A DNA stretch of 64,000 bases from Candidatus Zixiibacteriota bacterium (GTDB taxonomy: Bacteria > Zixibacteria > MSB-5A5 > UBA10806 > 4484-95): positions 128,001-192,000 of the forward strand of contig JBBIRK010000003.1 in assembly GCA_037441845.1 (NCBI GenBank), read 5' to 3'. A program made the translations under genes and the position numbers. Below are positions 30,842-39,896 of the stretch, one piece after another. A model generated the notes under the pieces. The model was not told the DNA's origin. It searched no databases and was given only the letters and a program-made list of their open reading frames with translations. The stretch's first letter is position 1. Each line of letters opens with the position of its first letter.

Positions 30842-31954
30842 ATGGAGCAATTGACTCTGACCAATAAACTAAGAGGGATGGGGAAAGAATTTTTCCTGCA
30901 GACCTCGGCCGATCCCCAGAAAGGAACCGGCACGAGCATCTTGTTCGAGGGCGGAAATCCGCTGGATATAATCGAGTTCAAAATCACCGATGACGGCCGG
31001 CCGCCGGCGGCGATCGTAGAGGAGTTCCATCGCAACCGGCTCGATAGATTCAATCGCCTAAGCGACCTGTATGCCGAGCTCAGTAACGAAACCGATCCTT
31101 CGATTTTGGAAAAACTGGCCCTTTCCCTGGTCGATCAGAAGCTGTATCGTGAGGCGGCGGCGATACTGGAACGGACGCTGATCGATTCGTCGCAGAATTC
31201 ACGGCTGTGGAATCATCTCGGCCTGATAAATCTCGAACTGCACGATTACGAAAAAGCCGCGGAGGATTTCAACCGCGCCATTCAACTGAATCCCGACTAT
31301 CCCGATTATCACCACAATTTGGGACGGGCCAATTTGAAATTGGGCCGATGCCTTCAAGCTTATCAGAATTTCGAAAAAGCAATCGAGCTGAATGTATATT
31401 TCGGCGAAGCTTATTACAATATGGCGCTGGCGGTGATTTTGAACGGAATAAAAAGGGAAGATTACGGCTTGGCTCAAAATCTCGAGGATAGAGCGACCAG
31501 CCTTTTGGCCAAGGCGGTCGGATTCAATCCTCTATTCAAGAATGATTTCCTGCAAAGGGGAATCGACGCATTGAGCAACAGAGATCTCCCGCAAGCCTAT
31601 TCGTTGATAAGCAACGGTTACGATCTTGCCTGCGAAAGCAAATTCCCCAAGAAGACCTATTATTTCCATCTCGATTATCTTTTCCGCCACGATCTGCTGA
31701 AAGAAGACGCGGTGGTGCGCCACATCAAGAAAATTCAGAGATTGATAGAAAAATACCCTAACTTCCCCGACCTTTACAACGAGCTCGGCCTGGCCTACAC
31801 CGTGCTTGCCCAATATCACAGCGACCGGGCGATCGAAGCTTTCGAGCGGGCGCTGAAAATAAATCCGAATTACCGGACCGCCCTGAAAAACCTCAAATTG
31901 ACGCAGAACGAATTGAAAGGTTTGAAAACCCTGCTGAGGGCTATTCTCAAATGA
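30842..31954 (+). CDS. Tetratricopeptide repeat protein
   Basis: Repeated AIQLNPDYPDYHHNLG / ALKINPNY units. Confidence 0.85.
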   Translation: MEQLTLTNKLRGMGKEFFLQTSADPQKGTGTSILFEGGNPLDIIEFKITDDGRPPAAIVEEFHRNRLDRFNRLSDLYAELSNETDPSILEKLALSLVDQKLYREAAAILERTLIDSSQNSRLWNHLGLINLELHDYEKAAEDFNRAIQLNPDYPDYHHNLGRANLKLGRCLQAYQNFEKAIELNVYFGEAYYNMALAVILNGIKREDYGLAQNLEDRATSLLAKAVGFNPLFKNDFLQRGIDALSNRDLPQAYSLISNGYDLACESKFPKKTYYFHLDYLFRHDLLKEDAVVRHIKKIQRLIEKYPNFPDLYNELGLAYTVLAQYHSDRAIEAFERALKINPNYRTALKNLKLTQNELKGLKTLLRAILK

Positions 31955-32655
31955 AAGTGGAATCGATCATTAACTATTTCGATCGGGAGTCGGCGGAAGC
32001 CACCGAGTTCAGAAGACTTTACAGCAATCTGATCGGGACCGGCGGTGGTCTAAAGACCGTTCTGGTTACCTCCTCGATAGTGGAGGAGGGGAAAACCTTG
32101 ATTTCGTCGTTTCTGGCGATGACGGTTGCGGAAATCGGCCGCGGAAAAATCCTCTTGATCGATTCGGACTTACGGCGCCCGATGGTCAATGTGCTTTTCA
32201 AAATGAATTTGGAGGGCGGTTTCGCCGATCTGCTCGAGGGAAAACTTAAGGCCTCCGAAGCGGCCAAACCGACAATAATTCCCGCCCTTAAGGTGATTAC
32301 CGCCGGCAAAATAACCTCCAGTCCGACACTGATAATGAATCCCACCAGAATTCACCAAGTTCTCGAGGAGTTGAAATTCTATTACGACTTCATTATAATC
32401 GATGCGCCTCCAACGATACCGGTATCGGATCCGCTTCTGATAGCCCCGGAAACGGACGGCACATTGCTGGTGGTAAGGGCCGGAAGTACCCCTAAGGAGG
32501 TAGTCAAGCGCGCCTGCAACCTGTTGTCGAACGCCAGGATCAAGATTTTAGGGGTGGTCATGAACAACTGCGATGAAATTCTTCCTTACCATTACAGCTC
32601 AAAATATTACTCGTACAAGTATTATCATAAGCCCGCCGAAAAGACTAAGGCTTAA
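31951..32655 (+). CDS. CpsD/CapB family bacterial tyrosine kinase
   Basis: TSSIVEEGKT, LIDSDLRRP, IIDAPP and C-terminal Tyr cluster YHYSSKYYSYKYYH. Confidence 0.92.
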   Translation: MKVESIINYFDRESAEATEFRRLYSNLIGTGGGLKTVLVTSSIVEEGKTLISSFLAMTVAEIGRGKILLIDSDLRRPMVNVLFKMNLEGGFADLLEGKLKASEAAKPTIIPALKVITAGKITSSPTLIMNPTRIHQVLEELKFYYDFIIIDAPPTIPVSDPLLIAPETDGTLLVVRAGSTPKEVVKRACNLLSNARIKILGVVMNNCDEILPYHYSSKYYSYKYYHKPAEKTKA

Positions 32656-32860
32656 TGCAATTATTGTGCATGATTGTGCACAATCGTTCGGCCATCAGGC
32701 CGTTTATAGATTTCCAAAAATCATAAAGTGAATAAATTCACATAACACAATCAAAATCTATTCCTTATTTCCTTAATTATCAATAAATTACATCAAGCCA
32801 CCCCGATCCCTGTCTGCACCATAATCATCGCAAATTATAGTCCAAATTCCATCGAAAGTA

Positions 32861-32876
32861 TGGCAAGCTATTTGCA
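32861..32876 (+). promoter_or_regulatory. Sigma54 promoter for the sugar transferase
   Basis: TGGCAAGCTATTTGCA matches TGGCA-N6-TTGCA; palindromes at 32672-32685 and 32728-32741 lie upstream. Confidence 0.7.
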
Positions 32877-32933
32877 TGTGATATCCCGCACAAGGAGTGG
32901 AAATCAACCAAAGTGAAAAGCTAGAGATAGACG

Positions 32934-33827
32934 ATGAGATATCAAAATCCAATAGTTAATCCAATAGCCCATTACTGGGAAGAGAGTATTGCTCTCGGCG
33001 GCTATTCCAATTATTGGAAATCCGTCGGTCAATCGATTCGGTACTTATTTGCCGAATATATCACCGCAAATTTGATCCTGCTGATAAGCATGGCCGCCAG
33101 GGTTCTGACGTTGCGGCCGCTTGCAGCGGCTATCTCCGATGTCTATCATCGTCATGGATTGAAATGGGCACTGAAAAGAACCATAGACATCGTCGGTTCG
33201 GCGGTCGGCTTGGTCTTTGCCACCCCCGTGTTCTTGGTTATCCCGATTTTGATAAAGCTCGATTCTCCGGGCCCGGTATTTTATCGGCAGGAGCGTGTGG
33301 GTAACAACCGCAGGCGTCGCGATAGGCGCGCCGCCGCCATGCCGATCGATCGGGAAAGGCGGCAAAACGACCGCCGCAAAGTCGAGGGATTCGGTCGGCC
33401 GTTCCATATCGTCAAGTTCCGCACCATGTTTGTCGATGCCGAAAAGCGCACCGGTCCGGTTTGGGCTACCAAAAACGATCCCAGGGTAACGCGTGTCGGC
33501 GCTTTCCTCAGGGCAACCAGGATCGATGAGATTCCGCAGCTTTTCAACGTGCTCATCGGAGATATGAGTCTTGTCGGCCCGAGACCGGAAAGAGCCTACT
33601 TCATCAAGAAGCTGAAAGCCAGCATCGATGGTTACGAGCGCAGACTGATGGTGAAACCGGGGGTGACCGGCCTGGCACAAGTCGAGCATAAATACGATGA
33701 ATCCGAGGACGATGTCAGAACCAAAGTGAAATACGATTTGGCCTATATCAGCAATTTCGGCCTGTTGCATGATCTCAAAATAATGTTCAAGACGATTTTC
33801 GTGGTTCTGGCGGCAAAAGGAATTTAG
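32934..33827 (+). CDS. Priming phosphoglycosyl transferase (bacterial sugar transferase family)
   Basis: KRTIDIV, PGPVFYRQERVG, KFRTM, RIDEIPQLFNV, MSLVGPRPE and KPGVTGLAQV. Confidence 0.93.
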   Translation: MRYQNPIVNPIAHYWEESIALGGYSNYWKSVGQSIRYLFAEYITANLILLISMAARVLTLRPLAAAISDVYHRHGLKWALKRTIDIVGSAVGLVFATPVFLVIPILIKLDSPGPVFYRQERVGNNRRRRDRRAAAMPIDRERRQNDRRKVEGFGRPFHIVKFRTMFVDAEKRTGPVWATKNDPRVTRVGAFLRATRIDEIPQLFNVLIGDMSLVGPRPERAYFIKKLKASIDGYERRLMVKPGVTGLAQVEHKYDESEDDVRTKVKYDLAYISNFGLLHDLKIMFKTIFVVLAAKGI

Positions 33828-33856
33828 AAAATTACCGTGGTTGATTCAGTTTCCCG

Positions 33857-33884
33857 AAAGAAAGGCTTCGGCCTTTCTTTTTTT
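33857..33884 (+). terminator. Intrinsic terminator
   Basis: AAAGAAAGGC-ttcg-GCCTTTCTTT followed by a T run. Confidence 0.8.
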
Positions 33885-33964
33885 ATTGATATTGCATTGC
33901 GGCGATTTCAGCCTACAACAATCAGCTTGCCTTAGAGCGGATTTTATCCTATAATTTACCCGCC

Positions 33965-34264
33965 TTGTTCGTGTCCGAGCCGATAGAAGTCAGAAGTCAT
34001 GCTGGGGATGATGATGGTCAAAATCCGGAGGAGTTCATCTGGCGCGACCGTTGTGTCAAAGTCGCCCGCGTGATTTCCGCGTGGCAGGACTGGGGATTCG
34101 CGCAGGGCGCTCACAAACCGGATTGGCGGCAACGACGCCATCGCAATTGTTTTCTGATGGAATGCGTCGATAATCGGCTGTATGAAATTTATCTGGACAG
34201 ATCCCGGGCCGACGAACCGGCTTGGTTTCTGTACCGTATAATTGACAATATCGATTATAATTGA
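33965..34264 (+). CDS. DUF6504-like small protein (start uncertain)
   Basis: EPIEV...PEEFIWRD...ISAWQDW...YEIY...WFLYRI pattern. Confidence 0.6.
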   Translation: MFVSEPIEVRSHAGDDDGQNPEEFIWRDRCVKVARVISAWQDWGFAQGAHKPDWRQRRHRNCFLMECVDNRLYEIYLDRSRADEPAWFLYRIIDNIDYN

Positions 34265-35052
34265 TAGGGGAAAGTTTATTTTTATCCGAGGAGGGTCATC
34301 TGAAAAATCTTCGATCGAAAGTAAACATAACGATTGCGGGTCTGGTCTGGTTTTGCGCCGCGCCGATCGTCTTGTATTTGGCGCCCGCTGCCGAGAATGC
34401 CCGCGCTCAGGAATACTCGACGGTCGTCAACTCGAATCCTCAAGGGGTGTTTATCAGCCTCGATGGCGAACACCGGCTTTCTGCGGTTACTCCTTGCAGA
34501 TTGCCGTCGACTCTTTCCGGTTCTTATCGTTTGAAAGCGACGTTGCCGGGTTACGAGTCGTGGAGCGGCGAAATAATAATACTGCCCGGGCAAGATAATA
34601 CTATCACTTTCACGCTTTCTCCGAAAACCCGCATCAAGGCGGCGCTGCGGTCGCTTTTGGTTCCCGGCTGGGGGCAATACTATTCCGGGCAGAAAGGGCG
34701 TTCGCTGATTTTCGCTGCGGCCGCAGTCGGCTTGGGCATCGGAACGGCATCGGCTCATGATGATTATCGCCGCAAGCGGGATAACTACCGAAGAACCTTG
34801 CTCGAATTGAGCAACGCGACGACCGCCGAAGAGGCGATTCGCCTGCGCATGCTCGCCTATGATCACAATAAACAGGCCTATGACGCCGAAACGAAACGAA
34901 ATTCATTGTTTGCGGTTCTGATCGGGGTCTGGGCATACAACATCCTCGATAACTTATTTTTCTTCCCGGAACGCAATTTCTCGGCGCTGCCGTTCATTCA
35001 GGCCGAATTTAACGGCGATGAAGCAAGAGTCGCGCTTTCGCTGGCGTTTTAG
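34261..35052 (+). CDS. PEGA-domain membrane/secreted protein with DUF5683-like C-terminus
   Basis: VNSNPQGVFISLDG...TP...GYESW PEGA motif; RSLLVPGWGQYY. Confidence 0.75.
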   Translation: MIGESLFLSEEGHLKNLRSKVNITIAGLVWFCAAPIVLYLAPAAENARAQEYSTVVNSNPQGVFISLDGEHRLSAVTPCRLPSTLSGSYRLKATLPGYESWSGEIIILPGQDNTITFTLSPKTRIKAALRSLLVPGWGQYYSGQKGRSLIFAAAAVGLGIGTASAHDDYRRKRDNYRRTLLELSNATTAEEAIRLRMLAYDHNKQAYDAETKRNSLFAVLIGVWAYNILDNLFFFPERNFSALPFIQAEFNGDEARVALSLAF

Positions 35053-35061
35053 GAGGCGGGC

Positions 35062-36609
35062 ATGAGATACTTTACGCCTATTTTGTTGCTGCTTGCCTTC
35101 ATAACCTGTTCGAGAGAGATCCCTAATCCCACCTCTTTTCCAAACCTTCCGGAAATGCCTCCTGCTCCATATGCGGTGACGATTTCCATTGGAGACCATT
35201 CGATCAGGCTCAGCTGGCAGGTTTCGGACACCACCGATATAGCGCATTATCGAATCTATCGTGCGGAGTCGGCCGAGGAGGTGCTTTCCCGGTTCGATTC
35301 GACCGAAATGCGGGTCTATACCGATTCCAATCTCACCAACGGCCGCCAATACTTTTATCAAGTGTCGTCGGTCAGCGGCCAGGGAAGGGAAAGTCAACGT
35401 TCCCGCATAGTATCGGCCGTGCCCAACCTGTTTTCGATCGTGATCGAGAACGGCGCTGAGGAAATCAATACCAGATCGGTGCAATTGACGCTGGTGGCCC
35501 CGCCGACAACCACCTTGATGCGCATCGCCAACGATATAAGTTTCGACGGCGCCAACTGGGAGCCGTTCGCCGCCGACAAACAATGGCTTCTCACCGGCGG
35601 CGCCGGCATAAAAAGAGTTTATGCCTTTTTCCGCGATTCCGACGGGATCATGATGACCGAGCCGGTGATCGACAGCATTTCTTATGTAATCAGACCTCAT
35701 GATTTCACCGTCTTGGTAAACGGCGGCGACATCCAAACTTATTCGCGGTCGGTCAACCTTCAGATTACCGCGCCCCAGGGAACCGGTTTCATGAAAATTT
35801 CGACCGATCCTTCGTTTACCGGTGCGGTATGGGAGCCGCTTGCCGCCAATCGTGATTGGCTGATAGGGCAGTCCGAGGCGCAAAATCGGGATACGGTGCG
35901 TTTCCTCGTTCGTTTTCTTGATTCGGCTCATGACAGCATCGCCGTGCAGGCGGCCGACTCGATAATCGCCTCGTTCGCCGAACCCGTTGATTTACTGCCA
36001 GTGTATTCCCCCGATGACCATTATCGCGCCGTCAATTTGCAATGGAGCGTTTCGAGATCGGAGGATTTTCTCCGCTATCGTCTTTTCCGCTCGCGCGACA
36101 CGGGGACGGTCGATACGATCGTGGCCGAGATTTCGGATATCAACCGAAACACATTCACCGACAGCTTGAATTTAGGGGCGTTGCCGACATCGACACCGGT
36201 TGAATTGTTTTACATGGTGCGATTCTATAGTGAATGGGGCGACTCTTCCGATTCGGACACGATAACGGTCAGTCTGCGCAACACCCAGCCGGCCGCAATC
36301 ACCTGTTTCGTGAGCGGTGCCGCATTCCAACCGGATACGGCCACGGGGTGGTTTAATCTTACGGCCACGATCGGCTGGTCGCGTTCGGATATACCCGATT
36401 TCTCGCATTATGTTCTTTACGAAAACACTGCGCCCAGCAGTGCAACTTCACGTCCGGTTGCTTTCGTTTACGATAGCGGGACTACATCATTCGAACTGAC
36501 CCGCAATAATGTCGATTCCACGACCGTATTTTACTACTGGATGAGGGTTTTCGACCTGGGCGGGCAGAATTCGGCGTATTCACAGCCCGATTCCATCCGC
36601 TATCGCTGA
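35062..36609 (+). CDS. Putative lipoprotein with fibronectin type III-like domains
   Basis: LAFITC lipobox; LSW..YRIYR..YTDSNLTNGRQYFYQVSSV; repeated FxGAxWEP module. Confidence 0.75.
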   Translation: MRYFTPILLLLAFITCSREIPNPTSFPNLPEMPPAPYAVTISIGDHSIRLSWQVSDTTDIAHYRIYRAESAEEVLSRFDSTEMRVYTDSNLTNGRQYFYQVSSVSGQGRESQRSRIVSAVPNLFSIVIENGAEEINTRSVQLTLVAPPTTTLMRIANDISFDGANWEPFAADKQWLLTGGAGIKRVYAFFRDSDGIMMTEPVIDSISYVIRPHDFTVLVNGGDIQTYSRSVNLQITAPQGTGFMKISTDPSFTGAVWEPLAANRDWLIGQSEAQNRDTVRFLVRFLDSAHDSIAVQAADSIIASFAEPVDLLPVYSPDDHYRAVNLQWSVSRSEDFLRYRLFRSRDTGTVDTIVAEISDINRNTFTDSLNLGALPTSTPVELFYMVRFYSEWGDSSDSDTITVSLRNTQPAAITCFVSGAAFQPDTATGWFNLTATIGWSRSDIPDFSHYVLYENTAPSSATSRPVAFVYDSGTTSFELTRNNVDSTTVFYYWMRVFDLGGQNSAYSQPDSIRYR

Positions 36610-36634
36610 ATTTGGAATTTCCGAAAAAGACCAT

Positions 36635-36665
36635 AGGGATGCAGTTTGCTGTATCCCTTTTTTTT
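36635..36665 (+). terminator. Intrinsic terminator
   Basis: AGGGATGCAG-tttg-CTGTATCCCT followed by a T run. Confidence 0.75.
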
Positions 36666-36822
36666 GCCGCTAAAATCGAAGTTGCGCCGTCCTGTCCGGA
36701 ATCTATTATCAGTGGTGGTGGGCGCCGCCGGCGATACCGATGAATCCATTCGGCAGATTACGGCCGCTTTCGAGGATTTATTTTATATTGAATAATTCGT
36801 GGACTTCTCCGATTATTGAATT

Positions 36823-38583
36823 ATGAAAGGCGTCCGCGAACATCATATTGCCATAACGGCGGCGATCGGCGCTTTCGCCGTTTTCGCGTTTCAGGCGTGT
36901 CCTACTTTTTATTTCTGGGACAGCGCCGAGTTGACCGCGGCAATCGCCGGCAAGGGCATACCGCATCCCCCGGGATTTCCTATGTATTTGATCGTCGCAA
37001 CTGCCGTATCCCTGGCGATTCCCATGAAAACCAGTGCGCTATTGCCGCTGTTGTCGTCGTTATTGGCCGCCGCCGCTATCGGGGTCGTCTATTCGGCGAT
37101 CGTGCGGTTTTCGATTCTCTCGAATTATACTCGATTGGAAAGCCGGCTGGCGGCTTTGTTCGGTTGTATGATATTATGTTTCAGTTATTCGATAACCAGT
37201 CAGGCTACGCGTGCCGAAGTTTACGCTTTGCAGTTTCTGATTTTCGCCGTGTTTTTCCTCTTATCGGGGGATATTTTTTATTCCGCCGATTCAACTTACA
37301 ATAAAATACGAACAATTTCGATTCTTTATCTGATAGTCGGATTGGGTTTGGCCAATCATATATTGACAGCGGCGATGATCTTGCCGGCGGCGATCATGTT
37401 GACCTATAGAAACATGAACAGGAGGGTGTTTGCGCTTTCCACCGTGTCGCTGCTTATTCCGCTGAGTGCCTATTTCTATCTGATGTTGTTGGCGCAAGGC
37501 TCGCCGGCGCAGAACTGGGGCGATCCCTCGACGATAGGTCGGTTGTTCGATGTGGTCACGGCTGCGGAATTCGACAAATCGGCTGCGGCTTTCGCATTAC
37601 CTCACATATATGAAAATACCTCGTTTGCGGTGGAATTGATCTATCGACAACTGGGACCGCTTTTCTCGGGGTTGGCGATCCTCGGAATGGTCGCCACGGC
37701 GATACTTGATAGGCGTCGTTTCATTTTCCTGATGCTTATTCTGATATGTAATATTATGAGCACGATATTCAACGAAATCTATTATTACGAAAATCTCGAT
37801 ATTCATGGGTATCTGACCGCCGGATTGCTGGCGGCGATATTTTTCGGCGTAATCGGCCTGCTGACCATAATCGGCCCTATCAAGAAGAGTTTGAAATCGC
37901 CGGTTGTCATACTGATAGGAATCGTGTCGGTCGCTGCCGGCGCCGTGCCTAATCTGGGCAAGGCCTCCTTATCGGGAAACAGATCGGCTGAAAGACTCGC
38001 CCGGACGTTGGCCGCCGAATGTGACAGCGGAGCGGTAATGTTTTGTTCGTCTTACAATACTTATTTTATAATTCAGGCGTTGCAAGCCGAGCGGATTCGC
38101 ACCGATATCCGTTTGATTCATATCTATCAACTCGAGCGAGACTGGTATCGCAATCAGTTGATAAGGCGTTTCAATCTGCAATCGATGTCGGTGGATGGTC
38201 CGGGTCCTGCTTTTTATAGGCAACTGGTTAATTCATTTAAGGATAGTTGCGAAATACTGGTGGAATACGACGAAGGCTCCGCCCCTTTGCGAAATTATCT
38301 TTGGCCCGAGGGGTTTCTTTGGAAATTCAAATTGCCGCAATTTCGGCCGAATGAAGCAATAGAGGATTGGAGTCTGGATAAGGACTTGGCCCGATTCGAA
38401 AATTATCTTCGATCCGGCATGGATTATGAAGAATTAAAAAGCATGGCTTGGATAATGAGGAACCGGATGCAGTTTTTCACCGATCTCGGATTCGATGATC
38501 TGGGGAACAGCTACCTCGACGAGGTGGAACGACTTGCGTCTGCATTCGATAAAAATAACGCTTCTAAATCCCGAGGTGATTAA
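36823..38583 (+). CDS. DUF2723/TMEM260-like GT-C membrane glycosyltransferase
   Basis: WDSAEL, GIPHPPGFPMY, SQATRAEVYAL, GLGLANH and NWGDP; many TM helices. Confidence 0.85.
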   Translation: MKGVREHHIAITAAIGAFAVFAFQACPTFYFWDSAELTAAIAGKGIPHPPGFPMYLIVATAVSLAIPMKTSALLPLLSSLLAAAAIGVVYSAIVRFSILSNYTRLESRLAALFGCMILCFSYSITSQATRAEVYALQFLIFAVFFLLSGDIFYSADSTYNKIRTISILYLIVGLGLANHILTAAMILPAAIMLTYRNMNRRVFALSTVSLLIPLSAYFYLMLLAQGSPAQNWGDPSTIGRLFDVVTAAEFDKSAAAFALPHIYENTSFAVELIYRQLGPLFSGLAILGMVATAILDRRRFIFLMLILICNIMSTIFNEIYYYENLDIHGYLTAGLLAAIFFGVIGLLTIIGPIKKSLKSPVVILIGIVSVAAGAVPNLGKASLSGNRSAERLARTLAAECDSGAVMFCSSYNTYFIIQALQAERIRTDIRLIHIYQLERDWYRNQLIRRFNLQSMSVDGPGPAFYRQLVNSFKDSCEILVEYDEGSAPLRNYLWPEGFLWKFKLPQFRPNEAIEDWSLDKDLARFENYLRSGMDYEELKSMAWIMRNRMQFFTDLGFDDLGNSYLDEVERLASAFDKNNASKSRGD

Positions 38584-38997
38584 ATGAAAAGGTCACGAAA
38601 AGGATTTACTTTGATCGAATTGATGATAGTGGTGGTGATTATAGGTATTCTGGCGGCTTTGGCTGTTCCCCGATTCATGAGGGCGGCCACGCGGGCTAAA
38701 CAATCTGAGGCCAAAGGGATACTTAAACAGATCTACACCATGCAACGCGCCTATTTTGTAGAGAACGACGCCTACTGCCGCAACGGGGTTACCGCTAATG
38801 CCGCAGCCCCGCAAGCGTTTGCGCCGCTTGCCGTCGAAATTATGCCGACCGCGCGCTACAATTATGTGATGACGGTTGCGGGAGCGACATTCACTTGCAC
38901 CGCAACAGCCAATCTCGATGATGACGCCACCAACGATGTCTGGACCATTGACCAGACCGGGCGACTCGTTTGCACCTCCGATGATTCGCGGCTGTGA
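38584..38997 (+). CDS. Type IV pilin, copy 1
   Basis: KG|FTLIELMIVVVIIGILAALA prepilin motif. Confidence 0.93.
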   Translation: MKRSRKGFTLIELMIVVVIIGILAALAVPRFMRAATRAKQSEAKGILKQIYTMQRAYFVENDAYCRNGVTANAAAPQAFAPLAVEIMPTARYNYVMTVAGATFTCTATANLDDDATNDVWTIDQTGRLVCTSDDSRL

Positions 38998-39271
38998 TTA
39001 AGGTCGACCTGGCAATAGCGGCGGTTGATCGTTTCTTCACCTAATTATCGTTGCGATAAACATTTGCCGTGTCGAATCGCGCCCGCCGGGCTTTTCTCGG
39101 CCGGCTGGTCTGAATCAGCGTTTCTTGGCCTTGCATTTTGCGAAATGCAAAGGTCTCTCGCCGTGATCGAGTTGATCATCCATAAAGCGTGATTCCGCGA
39201 AATGAAACATATTTCGGTGTCGGCCAATGTGTTAGCGGCGTCCGGGGGGATTCCCGCAATTGTGGTCGCCT

Positions 39272-39287
39272 TGGCACGGGATTTGAG
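39272..39287 (+). promoter_or_regulatory. Sigma54-like promoter for pilin copy 2
   Basis: TGGCACGGGATTTGAG has a perfect -24 but GA instead of GC at -12; inverted repeat TTGCATTT-N4-AAATGCAA at 39131-39150. Confidence 0.5.
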
Positions 39288-39396
39288 TAATACTGTTTTC
39301 GATTGAACAAAAAACAGGGGTAACGGCTAAAGAATAGTTTCGGAAATTCGATAAAAAAAGTAAGAATCAGATAACCCAAAAACAGGAGAGTGACAG

Positions 39397-39813
39397 ATGT
39401 CGAGGAAGTCAAACAAAGGTTTCACCCTTATCGAATTGATGATCGTCGTGGTCATCATCGGTATCCTTGCCGCACTGGCAATACCTCGATTCATGCGTTC
39501 GACCACTAAGGCCAAACAGTCCGAGGCCAAGCAGTTGTTGAAACAGGTTTACACAATGCAGCGCGCCTACCGCCAGGAATTTGACAGCTACTGCTTGAAC
39601 GGAGCCACCGCCAGCGCCGCCGCGCCGAACGCTTTCGCCCAGATCGGCGTCGAGGTCATGTCCACCGCTCGTTACACATACGTCATGACCGCCGCCGCCA
39701 ACACTTTCAGCTGCGTGGCTACCGCCAACCTTGACGATGACGCCACCAATGACGTCTGGACAATCGACCAGACCGGCAACCTGGTGTGCACGTCGAACGA
39801 TGCTATAAACTGA
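39397..39813 (+). CDS. pilA: Type IV pilin, copy 2 (probable major pilin)
   Basis: Prepilin motif, GGAG RBS, own promoter and terminator. Confidence 0.9.
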   Translation: MSRKSNKGFTLIELMIVVVIIGILAALAIPRFMRSTTKAKQSEAKQLLKQVYTMQRAYRQEFDSYCLNGATASAAAPNAFAQIGVEVMSTARYTYVMTAAANTFSCVATANLDDDATNDVWTIDQTGNLVCTSNDAIN

Positions 39814-39832
39814 TAATTCTCGCGGAATCTAC

Positions 39833-39859
39833 GGGGCTCGGAAACGGGCCCCTTTTTTT
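39833..39859 (+). terminator. Intrinsic terminator after pilin 2
   Basis: GGGGCTCG-gaaa-CGGGCCCC followed by T7. Confidence 0.85.
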
Positions 39860-39896
39860 ATTTGCATCAAAGACGATTCACCCATATTAAGCCGCT

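Noticed and set aside
34954..35931. Long antisense ORFs (e.g. 34954-35931, 33045-33770, 50194-50913, 45170-45868)
   Set aside because: Shadow frames of well-supported genes on the opposite strand, with no recognisable motifs
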